NCBI RefSeq assembly: GCF_018977255.1
Contig: NW_024704742.1
Location: 125,304,001 to 125,368,000, forward strand
Direction: 5' to 3'
Length of the DNA stretch: 64,000 nt
Origin: Callorhinchus milii
Taxonomy: Eukaryota
In this document: one piece after another, positions 33,401-46,955 of the stretch
Layout: each line of letters starts with the position of its first letter
How positions within the stretch are numbered: position 1 is the first letter of the stretch
Notes under the pieces: generated by a model
Told to the model about the DNA's origin: nothing
Databases searched by the model: none
What the model saw: the letters and a program-made list of their open reading frames with translations, nothing else
Made by a program: the position numbers and the translations under genes

Positions 33401-36164
33401 TACATTGTACTAGTTTCCAAAAGTTGCCAAATAGCTCTTCCATTTTGCGATCAGTAAGTGTCTAACTCGAATTTACAAATCGACGAGATAAAGACGGAAC
33501 ACATTACTTGTTATTTTCCTAAAGTAGTCTAGCAGGAGGAATGTTTGCTGGGCTCATCAGAGAGCTTTTTCGTTTCATTAGTCCTTTTGGAAAACCTTTC
33601 CCAACATATATCATTCTCATAAAAGTAACACTGCCAGACTGACCCACCCAAAGCTGGGGTTATAATCATTACTATAGTAAATCTACTCAACATAGGCGAT
33701 ATTCTACGGTTAGTATTAAATTGCTTACGATCAACTGCGAAATACTTCTGGCAATCCATCGCTATTATGATGATAGATTTATTAATTATGGCCCATTTTA
33801 TGACAAATTAATTTCATCCAGCAAATTAATCAAGTCCCCTAACCGAATCTCCGGTCCAAATTAGTTGTGATCAACGTTTTAAAGTCTTTGACTGGAAACC
33901 AGTTCTTCTTCCAATTGTGATGCTGGAGGTTGTAAAGTCAAGAGTAAATTTGTTTTGCTCCTCCTAGTCTCAGAGGGCATGATTACCTCATCGTTGACTT
34001 TTAGCCACGCTCCTCAAGTTATCTCTACAACTCACACTAGACATCCCGTGGAATAGTTCACGTAAAAAACAAGGGAAATAGCTCCATTTTTAACATAACA
34101 ATTGGCTGTCGATTCCTGTTTTGGGACTTTTTTTTGTAAGCTGAGATTTAATAAGGAGCTCGTTCCAAAGTCAGAGTTTTTTTGTATATATATACACACA
34201 TAAAAAGTATACCCTCATATCATAGGTATACTATGAAATCTACACGCGTTTAAACCTTCTGTCTCCATAAAATGTCACAAGACTTTCTTAGCGACAGGAG
34301 CAAAATCTGCAGTGCATTTCACATCGCTGTGTTGGTGCCGGTGTGTGAGAAGAGGGTTGGTTGGTGTGATAAGAAGTCAATCAAAGCCTTTCTGCTTGAC
34401 AATTTATTGGCTTTACCTCCCCCCCCCCCCCCCCCCCACACCATCACTGCCTATTTGCTGAAACAGAAATGTTTGAGATGGAGCCCTGCCCCTCAGAACA
34501 GCCCAGGATCCCAGCAAGGGACACACAGCTGAAATAATTGGTCTATGTTTTAACCTGCTATCATATTTGTTGTTTGATAAATAATCTATGTTTTAAAATA
34601 CTAGGAACTTGTTTTGCCAACAAGCTGGGCTCTGCACAAATTATACTCTAATGTGAGCTCACCGAACACGGGCAATGAGCATCGCTTTGTCAAGCAGTAA
34701 TCTTAACGCGGGGGGAGTTTTACAAACACAACTTTTTATCTCGAAGACGTGGCACATGCTGTAAAATGAACACCCCGTAATTTGCATGTAACGTGGCTGA
34801 CCATCTTTTAAAAAATAAAAGAAAGTATGCGTGTGGGGGAGTGGGGGTGAGAATTGACTCATAGCAAATTGATGGCCAATGCAACCCAACCGCAAATTGG
34901 TCATAAAAACGATTATTTAAACTGCAATACTTAATCAGGTTGAACGTGCGAGCAGCCAACTCACTCAACGTGTGAGGAGCCTAACCATTTGTTAAGCCTT
35001 AGAGCACCACATCTCCATTGGTGTCCCGAAGCCAAACGTTAGTTAGAAAGGCAACACTAAGATGATTCGTATAATAGGATGCAGGTCGAACCTTACCAGT
35101 CATCTCCATCGGGATTTCGAGAAAGATACATTCAGAGAGTTTCTCATGAATTCACACATTTGTCAACATTTGCATTGACTCCCTCCCATGTTTACAACGT
35201 TTCCGCCATCGCGCAGCGTGGCCTCAACTCTGTACACAACCACCCAACCTTTGACATTACATTTTAGAGATTTATTTTGGAAGGGGAGAAGGGGGGGATT
35301 GTCTGTATGTACCACAATAGCCTAGTGTCACATTTTGTCGTAATGTATGTAAGTTTCCCGCTAGATTTTGTCTTCCTTGAGACTTTATGTGTCTTTATTG
35401 TACATGGCCACGTTTACGCGGAGATAATTGGCTTAGTTGATTTTTCTCTCTCTAAACGCATCAAATTAAACTCAAATTGCTATGTGTATTGCTGCAAAAG
35501 GAATCCTGCAGTTTTGATACAGACTCCAGTATCAATACCAGCGTGTCTACTTGCAATTTTTGCATATTTATGTGTAATTAATCCAGTTCAAAGAAAGGGA
35601 AAGGGAGAGAGAGAAAAAACTAAATAGTACTTTTTTATATTGCTTGTTATGAATTTGGCTGGCGATTATTTATTTCCACTCGATGTTTTATCTTCACGGT
35701 TAGCACCATTTCTGCATTAACAAATAAATAAAAACAATAAGGCACTTCGCTCGGATCACACTGAGTTTCACGCTACACTTTCTCTCGGATCACATTCAAT
35801 TTGACACAGTAAATTAGGATTGCTATTGCGACCGATTGGGAAGAAAATAATTAACTCTAATCTCCCTGCTGTTAAACTAAATCCTTTTCAGTCGCCTCCA
35901 ACAGACGAAAATACAGATATATTCATTCCTATTTAAAGGCTAAATGCTGGAAATTATGTGGTTCATTGAATATTTGCCTTCCCCCCAAAAAAAACTAACT
36001 GCTTTCAGACAGAATTTAAATATATATATATTACTTTCTCTCTTGTGTGTATGTGTGCCTGCGCTCGCTCACTGGAAAAGTAATTGGACTAATTTTGATC
36101 CTTCAGACAGACGAGGCTGTGCATTTAGCTGAGATACGAAGTGAAGGTGTGAGAGTGGAATTAA

Positions 36165-36318
36165 AGTGTGAGGGTCTGTCTGTTTTGTGTCAGGCAATTG
36201 GCTGCTGAGTTTCGCCCACAAAACATACGACGCACTTCACAGTATATCCCGCGAAGCGCTTTGAGACGTCTCAACGACGTGATATAAGGCGCTATATCAG
36301 ATGCAAGGATTATTATTT
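36165..36318 (+). mobile_element. SINE 3' fragment
   Basis: CAATTGGCTGC..TTCGCCCAC..GAAGCGCTTTGAGACGTC..ATGCAAGGATTATT. Confidence 0.75.
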
Positions 36319-38864
36319 GAGGATTGAGGATCACTACGACCAGCCCTTATGAAACTTGAATATTTTTGAGTACATTTGTTTATTTAATCGTACGGTATAT
36401 TTACTGCCATCACTTAATATATACAACCACATTGCGTTTGATTGTTCTGGCTTCACATGGGGGGGTACAACAATAAGACTGTTTTCTGAAAGGAATGAAG
36501 CTATAGCAAATACCGCGTGTATAGCACAGCCGAACGATGTCTCAGCACAATGTCAGATCTGCCTTTTTGCGCAATATGCAAAAGTATTAACCCTTAGTAT
36601 TCCACGCAGCATATATGCACACACTCCGATCAACCCACTATCGTTTCGTATTCGGCATCAAGATGTGATGGCATGTGTCCCGCTTTTACATACAACAAAT
36701 GCTAAAATATTTCTACAATCCATCCACACTTTACGGAGGCTTCAAATGTGATAATTGTTCTCAAACACGTTTTTTTTAAAAAAAAACACAAATGTCTCCA
36801 GCACTCGAAGAAGGCGCTTTCCAACCATAACAATTCAAAGTTTCTTCGCAAAATGCAACTGTTGGGGTTGCACATTTACAATATTGGAAGTTGTATGAAT
36901 TCCAGTAGTTTGCAGCCGACGCAGGATTGATACTACTTGCTAAAGGGCAACTGAACTTGTCGATCAGTAGGTCAAAGAAAATACAACTAGTTTGCAATAC
37001 GTTCGTAATGAGTAAATACCAGATCTTATACAGCACACGAGCTGTTATTTACAGATATTTGATGTAAATATATATTTACATCGTATTACATTTTTTTAAA
37101 AAAAACAAGAAATTTATTCCGAAATCTAGAGTCAGTATAAAAGCTTTATTGCTCAGCGGAAGAGTGATACTCGTGATATTCAATTAGGGGCGCACAAGTG
37201 ATAATAGAAAATGTTTTTCTATAACCCAGTCGAAGGAAGGATATTTTTCTTATAAATATAAGAACTGACAAAGAGATTTAAAAAAATACTATCGCTTTGT
37301 TGAAACATATTCCTAAAACTAGCACATCAGAACTCAGTACACTATTTACAATATAAACCGGTATGACCGAATGCATTTAAACACGTCGTTTTGCAAAAAT
37401 CGTCTACGTGATTTAATTTAGGTTTGTTTTCTATTAAGTTTGAACTGTATATTCCAGATCTACTGGATGCCACTCAACCATAAATCTTTTACTCCCCCCC
37501 CCCTTTGCTTTTCCTAGGCAGATGGATGAGGGAAGTTAACTGAAACTAGATTACAGCAGCAGTTGGAGAGGAAATCTGCTGAGGTATGAATTCTGCTCCG
37601 GAGGAAAATGCGCCAGAGAAATCAATCATCAAATTTATTGGATTCCCTAGAGGTTTCTTTATACTCTGGAGGTGGGCGATCTTTAATCTCGCGGACCTTG
37701 ACTGCTGAATGTGTAGAACAAATGTACCATATTAGCACTAAATCTATCGAGGGCCGTCTGCAGTGCCGAATGAGAGAGAGCAGTCTGGAGCCTCAGATCC
37801 CAGTCAACACAAGACAATTCATTAGCACAGCAACCTGCTTAAAGAGACAGTCCCTTAGGCTAACTGAGGCACCTCCTTACACATCATGGCTATTGGGTAC
37901 ATGCCTCCAGACTACCTTTATCTCTCTTTTTGCATCCACATAACTTCTATATGTGTATATCCCCCCTCCCTCCATGTCTTTACAGTGTACGACTCTACAC
38001 GTACCATACACATCTGATCAATATTTAACTAAAAAAAATCAATCAGTACAGTACTACATTCGGACCCATTATCGACACTTTGCGACTGAAATAAAAATAG
38101 AATGGAAAAAAAAACATGCAAGTTTGCAACTTCATGATTAAATGTTAGATTGTCTCGCCTGTTGAATTGCTAATAAACGTGAATTGTAATAAATATCTTC
38201 TGAAAGTTTATACGTTTATGCATTTTTGCTGTTATCTAGTTTGCAAATATTATGTATGTTTTTCACTGTTAACTTCCCGTTTTACGTTTAATTGAATCTG
38301 CATTACGATATACATCAGCCCATTTATTTTCCAATACTCGAGGCTTTATGTCAACAGAAACTGAACTTAGCTTTTACTTTCTATTGTTATGTTTAATGCC
38401 TTTTGACGATGAAATACAATACAAGAATTGTAAATTGCCATTCAGCTGTTATGACAGTGGTGTGGAGTGAAACACAGAAACAATGGAGTAGTTTGATTTC
38501 TACCGGACAGCTTTAAACATGTGCAGCATGAAAAACATTTTGTTAAATTAATATTTTAGGAGACATCCTGATCGACCAGTACATAACGTTTTGTCGACAA
38601 CATCATGTTCTGTATATGCGTTGGTTTGGACTAGTGGGTTAAATACAAAGACACACACATCAACTCGGGTAAGGCAATGGTGATCACAATACTGTATGCA
38701 TTTAACGAGAACACTGAAGTTGTTTGCAAAGTGGGAACAGCCATCGTGTTTACTGAACGTGTTTTGTCAGTGTTTTATGGAGTGGTGGTGGTGGTGGTGG
38801 TGGTGGGGGGGGTCCTGCATCTGACGGACAATTACTGAATGTGAGGTATTTTCTGGAAGTAATA

Positions 38865-38965
38865 ATTATTATAATAATAATCCTTGTATTTGATATAGCA
38901 CCCAGTCATGTCATCAAGACGTCTCAAAGCGCCTTGCAGGATATACTGTGACTTGGATTGACTGT
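38865..38965 (-). mobile_element. SINE 3' fragment (similar fragments at 39745-39890, 43185-43295, 62591-62680)
   Basis: AATAATCCTTGTATTTGATATAGCAC..GACGTCTCAAAGCGC on the + strand is the reverse-complemented SINE tail. Confidence 0.7.
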
Positions 38966-40860
38966 GTAGACCAAATGTATAGACTGCTATAGGATTCCAG
39001 CAATGTTACTGAACCACAACAACAATTTGAATTTATGTAGCACCATTCATGTCGGGAGGATGTCAAAATGTTACATGAGAATTATACTAATTATAGTTTA
39101 TATAGCCAGTTAGAAAATAATCCTCTTACCAGTTGCACAGATATTGACACTGGAAAATGATTTGTCCCCAGATGGGCACAAGTGAGGAATTTACATGGGA
39201 ATGGAAGACTCGGAGCAATCTGATGATAATCAAGCAATCACTCCTCTGTCTCACACTCTCACTCCTCCATCTCACAGTCTCACTCCTCTATCTCACACTC
39301 CCCCCTCTGCCTCCTCTCACTCACTCATCCCTCTCACGCACAAACTCACACAAATCCCTCTCACAATCACAGTCTCTCACTCCTTCCTTTCATACCATCC
39401 CTCACATTAATTTCTTCCTCTCTTAAATACATCATTGATTTTGTTTCTGCCTCCTAAACTCCCTACTAGATCTACTACTGACTAGTTTATATTTATGCCC
39501 CCTCATTTTGTACTAGTAGAACTGGAAGTGGAATCAACTCATTGATGTCCATTTTATTGAAACATGTCATAATCTTAAACACCTCAATCAGGTCAATCTC
39601 TCAATATCTGGGATATACTTTCTTGTAATGGGTCTAACTCCTTACAAAATAAGCTGCGGTTGTATAATTTATAAATTTTGACCCAATGTTTGATCACATA
39701 AGAGGGATAAATCTGCTGACTTCCATACTGAAATAAGATAAATATTAATAATCACTGCATTTGACATAAGCACTTTATCACATCACCAAGACGTATCAAA
39801 GCGCTTCACAGGATTTTACTGTGATGTGTAGTACTTGTGTATTTCCAGGCAAACACAACAGCCAACTTGCACACAGCAATATCCCATAGATAGAGATTAA
39901 CAAACTATATGGTGTATCACTTTATTTTGATGTACTTGCTTTAAATAACCTCAAAATGTACGAAAATAAATGCTAACTTTGTTATAGACAGGATATGTAG
40001 CTGTCATTATTCAATTCCATTTCCAGAATAGCCATGTGCTTTCAAGTCCAATGCCAAATATATACAGGAAAACCAATGGACATAAGTGTGGTAAACTGAA
40101 TATAGTTCAGCTACACTCCACTGCTTTCTGGAACTCCATCCCAGATTCCCTCTGACCTTGAAGCAAGATTCATTAAAATGAGGATGACACCTGTTGATTG
40201 AAAGCTGTCATTCTGAGCTCCAGATTCACTATATGAATGTTAAAAGTGTGAACTGGAAACACTGACCAAACAGCATTGAATCCAACATTTACGAGTTTGA
40301 ATGCAAACCCCAACCTAATCCTAAATGCAGTGGCATCCTGGAATCAAAGTAATACCACACACTGGAAGCATACAATTACATCAGAATAATAACATATTTC
40401 CCATTAACAGGGCCGTAGACTGCCCTTTGAATTGCCCTGTCTTTAAATTGCCTTTTCCTTGAATTGCTACTTTCAGAAAGGAAAAATTTTGATGATTGGA
40501 ACTAACATGCAAAACAATTTAATCAATTTATCCAGAAATATAATTATCATATTCGTGGTTTAACTTTTCACACTTCAAAAGTCACAATCTTTAGGAGAGA
40601 ATGTGCGAGACAAAGGCAATTCTGCTTGGTCATCCGATTCATTTCTCTTTAATTTTTGATTTAACAAGTTTGAATATGAACAATCAAAGTGGCTAAATTC
40701 ACAATACTGAAAGAGAAATGGGACAGGCAGCACTTACATGGGTTTACAATAATTGGCAGGTATGGAACTTGGTCCAAATGTATATCCAGAGCTGCAAATT
40801 CCAACCAATTTAATACATACATTGCGGGATAAATGTTCAGATAAGCCATTCTATAGAGAC

Positions 40861-42588
40861 TTCTCCATTAGATCATTTACCGCCCAACTGCCACTCCCTC
40901 CCCATCATCCCCCACACTCCGACCTCTACTCATCTCTCCCTCCACATCTTTGAACCTGTCTCCCCTTTTTCTCTCATTACCACCATACCCAGCATGAAAC
41001 ACACTACCTGCTCCCTTTTCCCCATCCCCACCCCTCTCCTTATCTCCCAGCTCCACCTCCTCATCCCTCTACTCTGACACCATCAATCGCTCCTTATCAT
41101 CTAGCACCATTCCTATCTGCCTAAAAACAGCTTTAATCACCCCCTGAAAAAACCTTCCCTGTACCCCATCCCTGTTCTATAGTTACCAGACCATCTCCAA
41201 CCTCACAGCGCAGAAACTGCTCTGGTTGAGGTCACAAACGACATCCTGTCCATCTGTGACCAGGGATCCCTCTGCGTGCTCGTCTTCCTGAACTCTCAGC
41301 TGCCTTTGATACCATTGACCACTCCATCCTCCTTCACTGCCTCTTCTCTCACCTCAACCTTCAAGGTTCTGTCCTTGAATGGTTCAGGTCTTATCTCTCA
41401 CACAGTCTCCAATTTGTCTATGTCAACGGTTTCTCTTCACGGTTTTGTGCGGTGTTCCTCAGGGCTCTATCCTCAGTCCCTCCTCTTCAAGCTCTACATG
41501 CTCCCCCTTGGTGACATCATCCGCAGACATGGGATCAACTTCCACATTTACACGGATGACTCCCAACTCTATCTCTCTGCCTCCACCCTTGATTCCAGGA
41601 CACCTGACGTCCTGACATTCTGTCTGTCAGACATCAAGTCCTGGATGGGAGCCAACTTTCTACAGCTGAATGTCAGCAAGACTAAGGCCCTCCTGATTGG
41701 TTCGTGCTAGCGCCTCCGAACCTCAAGCACTGGCAGCATCAATATCCATGGATGCACACTCCACCTCACCAATCCAGTCAGGAACCTGGGAATTTTGTTT
41801 GACCCTCAACTGTTCTTTCTCCCCTATATCCATGCCATGACCCGTTCTGTCTTCCCCCACCTCTGCAACATTGCCCGACTCCACCACTGGAAGGGATTGT
41901 TGGGTGGATTGCTAAAGGGTGGGGGCAGAGAGGCTGAAAGACCAGCAGCTGATGGTAGAGCGAGTCGGACAGGAGACCTGGACTCCTCCACCCATCAGGC
42001 TGTCGAAACCCTCATACGCGCATTCATCACCTCAAGGCTCAACTACGAAGCTCCCACCTTATCGGCCTCCACAACTCTTCCCTCGCCAAGCTGGAGACCA
42101 TCCATAACTCTGCAGCTCATGTCCTCTCCCACACCAGACTCTGTGACCCATCACCCCCAGCCTTGCCTGGCTCCACTATCCTCAGAGGATAGAATTCAAA
42201 ATTCTCACTTGCGTCCTCTCGTCCTCACTTTCAAGGCTCTCCACAGCCTTGCCCCCTCCTACCTCTCGCTCCCTCTGCTCAGCAGGCTCTGGCCTGCTCC
42301 AGGTCTCCTGTCCGACTCACTCTACCATCAGCGGCTGGTCTTTCAGCCTCTCTGCCCCCCACCCTTTAGCAATCCACCCAACAATCCCTTCGCCTTGCTC
42401 CCTCCCTTGAGGTCTATACTCTTTCAAAGCACAACTCAAGACCCTCCTTTTCGACCGTGCCTTCAGCCCTCCCTCCTACCTCTCTACCCTCCCTCATCCC
42501 ATGCTCGGGTCCTGATCCCCGACATTCAGTGCCTTGGGACGTTCTCCCGATGTGAAAAATGCTTTACAAATGTAATTTTGTTGTTGTT
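40861..42588 (+). mobile_element. L2 LINE, 5'-truncated, degenerate RT with frameshifts
   Basis: GVPQGSILSP and HIYTDDSQLY RT motifs in shifted frames; L2 3' tail ending (TTG)n. Confidence 0.9.
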
Positions 42589-43414
42589 AATTTTTGAAAA
42601 TTATATGAAGAGTGGCTTACTATTTGATGTATTACTCTTAAATGATGAAATAGTTCAAAAGTGATAGATCCATCTGTTATAAATTATAGAATGGATAGAA
42701 TGTGCAGTGCAGCAGGTCATTAGTTTAACTCCTCAGCCCTTTAACTGTGCTACAAATTGTACCAATGACTGTTTGGCACTAAGAGTTGCTTTTACAGTAT
42801 TGAATTAAGCATTATTTGTACAATTCTGCACTAAACATGGAAAGTATTTTTAAATTTCAAATTTAGTTCTGCACTAACAGATATTACACGGCCAGCATTT
42901 AAGGGTTTGCTAATTTTAGGGGAAATGTAGGCATTTGAAAACAGTGACAGAATGTCAGAAGATAACGATAATGGATGATTTGTCTCTGCTTAGTGTTACT
43001 TTCATCACTTCCAAATCCCTCCCTTCACTATCCGAGACATGAAGCCTTAGAATCTTTAGGCAAAAGAGAATGAACATGCAGTTTTATCTGGTTAAAGCTG
43101 TACTGCAGGCAAATTAGAAGGAAATAGAACCTTAGAACATTACAATACAGAAACAAGTCATTCAGTTTATCAAGGCTTTACTGATAATAATAATATTCCT
43201 TGCATTTGATATAGCACTTTTCACATCTCCTAGACGTCTCAAAGCGCTTCACAAAATAGACTGTAAAGTGAATTGACTGTATATTTTTGTGGGTGAAACT
43301 GATGATTTTCTCCACATGAGACAATCTATTTGGGATATAAATTGTGCAAAGGATAGAATGGACAGTGCATTAGGGCAATTGATTAACTGTACAGTCCATC
43401 TTTCAGATGTTTGT

Positions 43415-43890
43415 TCTGCTCAGTTGGTAGCACACTCATCTCTGAGTTAGAAAGGTGTTGGGACTTTAAACCAGCAGTCTAATATTATACAACAACTTGT
43501 ATTTATATAGCGCCCTTCACGCAAGGTAGTGTCCCAGAGCGTTTGTACTGGGGGAGTGGAGTGCTGCATTGTTGGAGATGCTGTCCTTCAGATGAGACGT
43601 TAAACCGAAGTTCGGTCTGCTAGTCAGGTGGACATTAAAGATACCAAGGTACTATTCTTAAAGTGAAGGGAATTTCTTCCCGTATTCTTGCCTGCAATCT
43701 GCCTGACAAAATTGGTCTTTTACTTCATGGCTGTTTGTGAGACATTGTTGTGCACAAATTGGCTGCTGCATTCGCCCACGAAAATACACAGTCACTGCAC
43801 TTTACAGTGAACCCTGCAAAGTGCTTTGAGATGTCCTCCTGACGTGAAAGGCACTATATCAAATGCAAAGATTATTGTTATTATATTATT
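43415..43890 (+). mobile_element. Deu-type SINE with a nested antisense L2 tail (43488-43545)
   Basis: Head GCTCAGTTGGTAGCAC, Deu core GAGTGCTGCATTGTTGGAGATGCTGTCCTTCAGATGAGACGTTAAACCG, hairpin tail. Confidence 0.82.
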
Positions 43891-44719
43891 ATTCCCCTCT
43901 CCTGCTTGCTCCACATACCCTTTAATATTCCTCATCTTCAAGCATCTATCTAATTCCCTTTTAAAATAATTTATGGATTCTGCTCTTCAACTATAGTGCC
44001 TTGGAAGTAAGCTTCAAAAGGCACTTCAACTCAGACTTGAGATGCCAATTGGTCTCAATAGTTTCAGTGCTTCCTCTACTCTACAAATAGCTTAGGAAGC
44101 ATGAGCACTTGCTCCCAGAGCTGTTTCCGACTGTTGTCAGAAACTTGTATAGAGATTTTGTTTTAAGGGACTAATTCTTTGATCGATCATAGCCTTCTCT
44201 CTGAGGCTAGAACTTTTTAATTAACTTATTAATCAAGTGTGATCACATGTGAGAGTGAATCTTTAACATTACATTAAACATCCTGCGTCTGCTTACAGTA
44301 AGATGTTGAAACTCACAAGTTGGGATGTAGTTTGAGAAACATGCTTTTTGTTCTTGAATTAGCAATGTGACAACCGGAGGCCATGACATTTCATATAGTC
44401 TTAGCCATAAGAACATTTTGTCTTAAAATGTAAAATGACGTAGAATTGTAGAAAATTCTTAATTTCAGTCTTAATTTAGAAGTCGGGTTTTCTGTAGTTC
44501 TCTGGCTGCAGGTATAACCATTTTGATAAACTCCAGAGTCACACCTATGGGTGACTCAAGATATATTGACTGGGAATTTTCAATGATGTGATAATTAACA
44601 CATTAAAGTCAATAATTATAATTAATTAGAACCATTGTAAATGAATACATCACAGCTCGCAATTTCACCTACAAAATAGTTATTTCACTGATATATCTGC
44701 TAATTTTTACTGCAATGTC

Positions 44720-45052
44720 CCCTCACTTTTTGTCCTGGAAAGCACCCCTATCTACATCTGTGACCTTCTAAAACTACTAAATCGCCCGTTCCCTCCACTC
44801 GGCAGGCATTAGCCTGCTTCACATCCCCCAACCTACCTAGCCCACCATCAACAGTCAGGCCTTCAGCCTTTCAATCCCTTCACTTCACGCTTTTCCTCAC
44901 CTCCTTCAATGTCCATATCAAGACCTTCATCTTTCAAGGTGCCTTCGGTCACCCCTATCTTCCTTGGCACCCACCCCTCCCGAATCTAACTCCTAGCTCA
45001 TGTGCAAACCCTCAATTATTGACATGAAATATTCTATACAAATGCAATTTTT
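44720..45052 (+). mobile_element. L2 LINE 3' fragment, old
   Basis: C/T-rich L2 end homologous to 59400-59760. Confidence 0.6.
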
Positions 45053-45388
45053 TTTTTCTGGAGAATGTTTTCAAATGGCACTCTCTGTAACATTACAGAA
45101 TCTGAACTAATGTATTGTAGCATTCATTGTTTTCTATCTGTATTAAGTTGATCAGTTTTGAATTTCTGATTTCATGTTTGTACAGGGTAACGTCCAAAAG
45201 ATTTTGGAGTAAACCAAATAGAGTGTCTTGTAATTTGGTGGTGTAGTTATTGTACCAGCAGTGTAAGTTATGAGTAGGGGTTGTACAAGAAAAACAACTT
45301 GCATTCATGTCTTGCCCTTCACGCAGGATAACATCTCTGACCGGTGCACAGTGACGGGGTTGGACACCGAGCAAGGAAGACGGGGAGG

Positions 45389-46898
45389 TGTAAGGGTTAA
45401 TTTAAATTTGTGACCCTGCGGTGAAGTAAGGACTGACACAAATTGTTCAAAAATATAGATGTTTATTAATTCAGATTAATAATAGTTATAAGTAATTGAA
45501 AGAATACATCACAATAATGCATATGTATCGACTTAAGTTGGCCTAACCAAATGTTGCGGAAGAGATAGAGTCCTGGACGAGGGACAACTTTCTCCAGTTG
45601 AACATCAGCAAGATGGAGGCCCTCCTGATTGGCTCACGCCAGAGCCTCCACACCTCGGGGGCTGGCAGCATCAGCCTCCACGGCTGCACACTCAACCTCA
45701 CTAAGCCAGTCAGGAACTTGGGTGTGTTGTTTGACCCTGAAATGTCCTTTCTCCCCCACATCCGTGCCATGACCAGCACTGCCTACCACCACCTCCGCAA
45801 CATTGCCAGACTCTGCCACTGCCTCACCCCTCAGGCTGCCGAAACCTTTACCTAGGTATTCGTCACATCAAGGCTCGATTATGGAAATTATCTCCTCATT
45901 GGCCTTCCCAAGTCTTCCCTTCACAAGCAGCAGATCATCCAAAACTCTGCAGCTCGTGTACTCTCGCACACCAGGCTCCATGACCCCTTCACTCCCACCC
46001 TCGCCCTACCCCACTGGCTCCCCATCCCTCAGAGGATCGAATTCAAGATCCTCGTCCTCACTTTCAAGGCCATTCATGACTTTGCCCCCTCCTACCTCTC
46101 TGACCTTTCTGAGAGCTTTTAGCTCCTCTGCCGCCACACTTTGGAACTCCATCCCATAGTCCCTTGTCTCCTTCAAGGCTGGTCTCAAGATCGTCTTCTT
46201 TGATTGTGCCTTCGGACTCCCTCCCACCTCTCTGCTTTCCCTCACCCCTCCCCCAGCCCTCCCCCACGCTTGGGTCCTGACCTCTGACTGTCCAGCACCT
46301 TGTGACATCCTCCCAATGTGAAAGGCGCTCTATAAATGTAATTTTATTGTTGTTGTTGTTGTTGTAGAGTAGCAATGTCCAATTTACTGTCCATTTTAAT
46401 GTGTCATTTTAATCCATATGTCCACCCAAAGGTATCCAAGCAATGTTGTACGTTTCTCAGTTCGATCACTCAAAAGTATCCAGGTATTATTGTATGTTCA
46501 ATTTGATCACTTGATAGTATCCAGATATTATGGTACGTCCAATCTGATTCCTCTCCTTCAATTCTTTCTTTTGATTCTCTTTCGAATCGATCTCCGTTTA
46601 TACAGTTCTTTAGGTGCCCTTTCTCCTATTGTCTTTTGCAAGTTGGTTCCTTTGAAAAAACAAATGCAACATAGCTCTCTCCAGCTGCAGCCCATTTTCC
46701 CATGAGAAAATGACTGATAAGGAATGAAAACAGTTTGTTATTTATAAACAGTTTGTTTCTCCTCCTTGAGAAAGGATCTTCTTCAAAGCTAGTCACAACC
46801 AATTTCCCTCATATGAGATTGATCATATGTTTCAAATATATAAACATCGCAGTTATAATTTGAGATATTATTTAACACATCTATTACAGAATCCTACA
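45389..46898 (-). mobile_element. Putative solo LTR interrupted by an L2 insertion
   Basis: TG...CA termini (TGTAAGG / CCTACA), flanking GAGG 4-bp duplication, minus-strand TATAAA at 46741-46746 and AATAAA at 45462-45467. Confidence 0.4.
45550..46365 (+). mobile_element. L2 LINE 3' portion
   Basis: LQLNISK..LLIGS..VRNLGVLFDP..HHLRNIARL (L2 ORF2 C-terminal region), hairpin tail, (TTG)n. Confidence 0.9.
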
Positions 46899-46955
46899 GA
46901 GGTAACCATGTGTATGCAGTAAAGTACCTGATGTTGACATCTGATCAACCATTGT

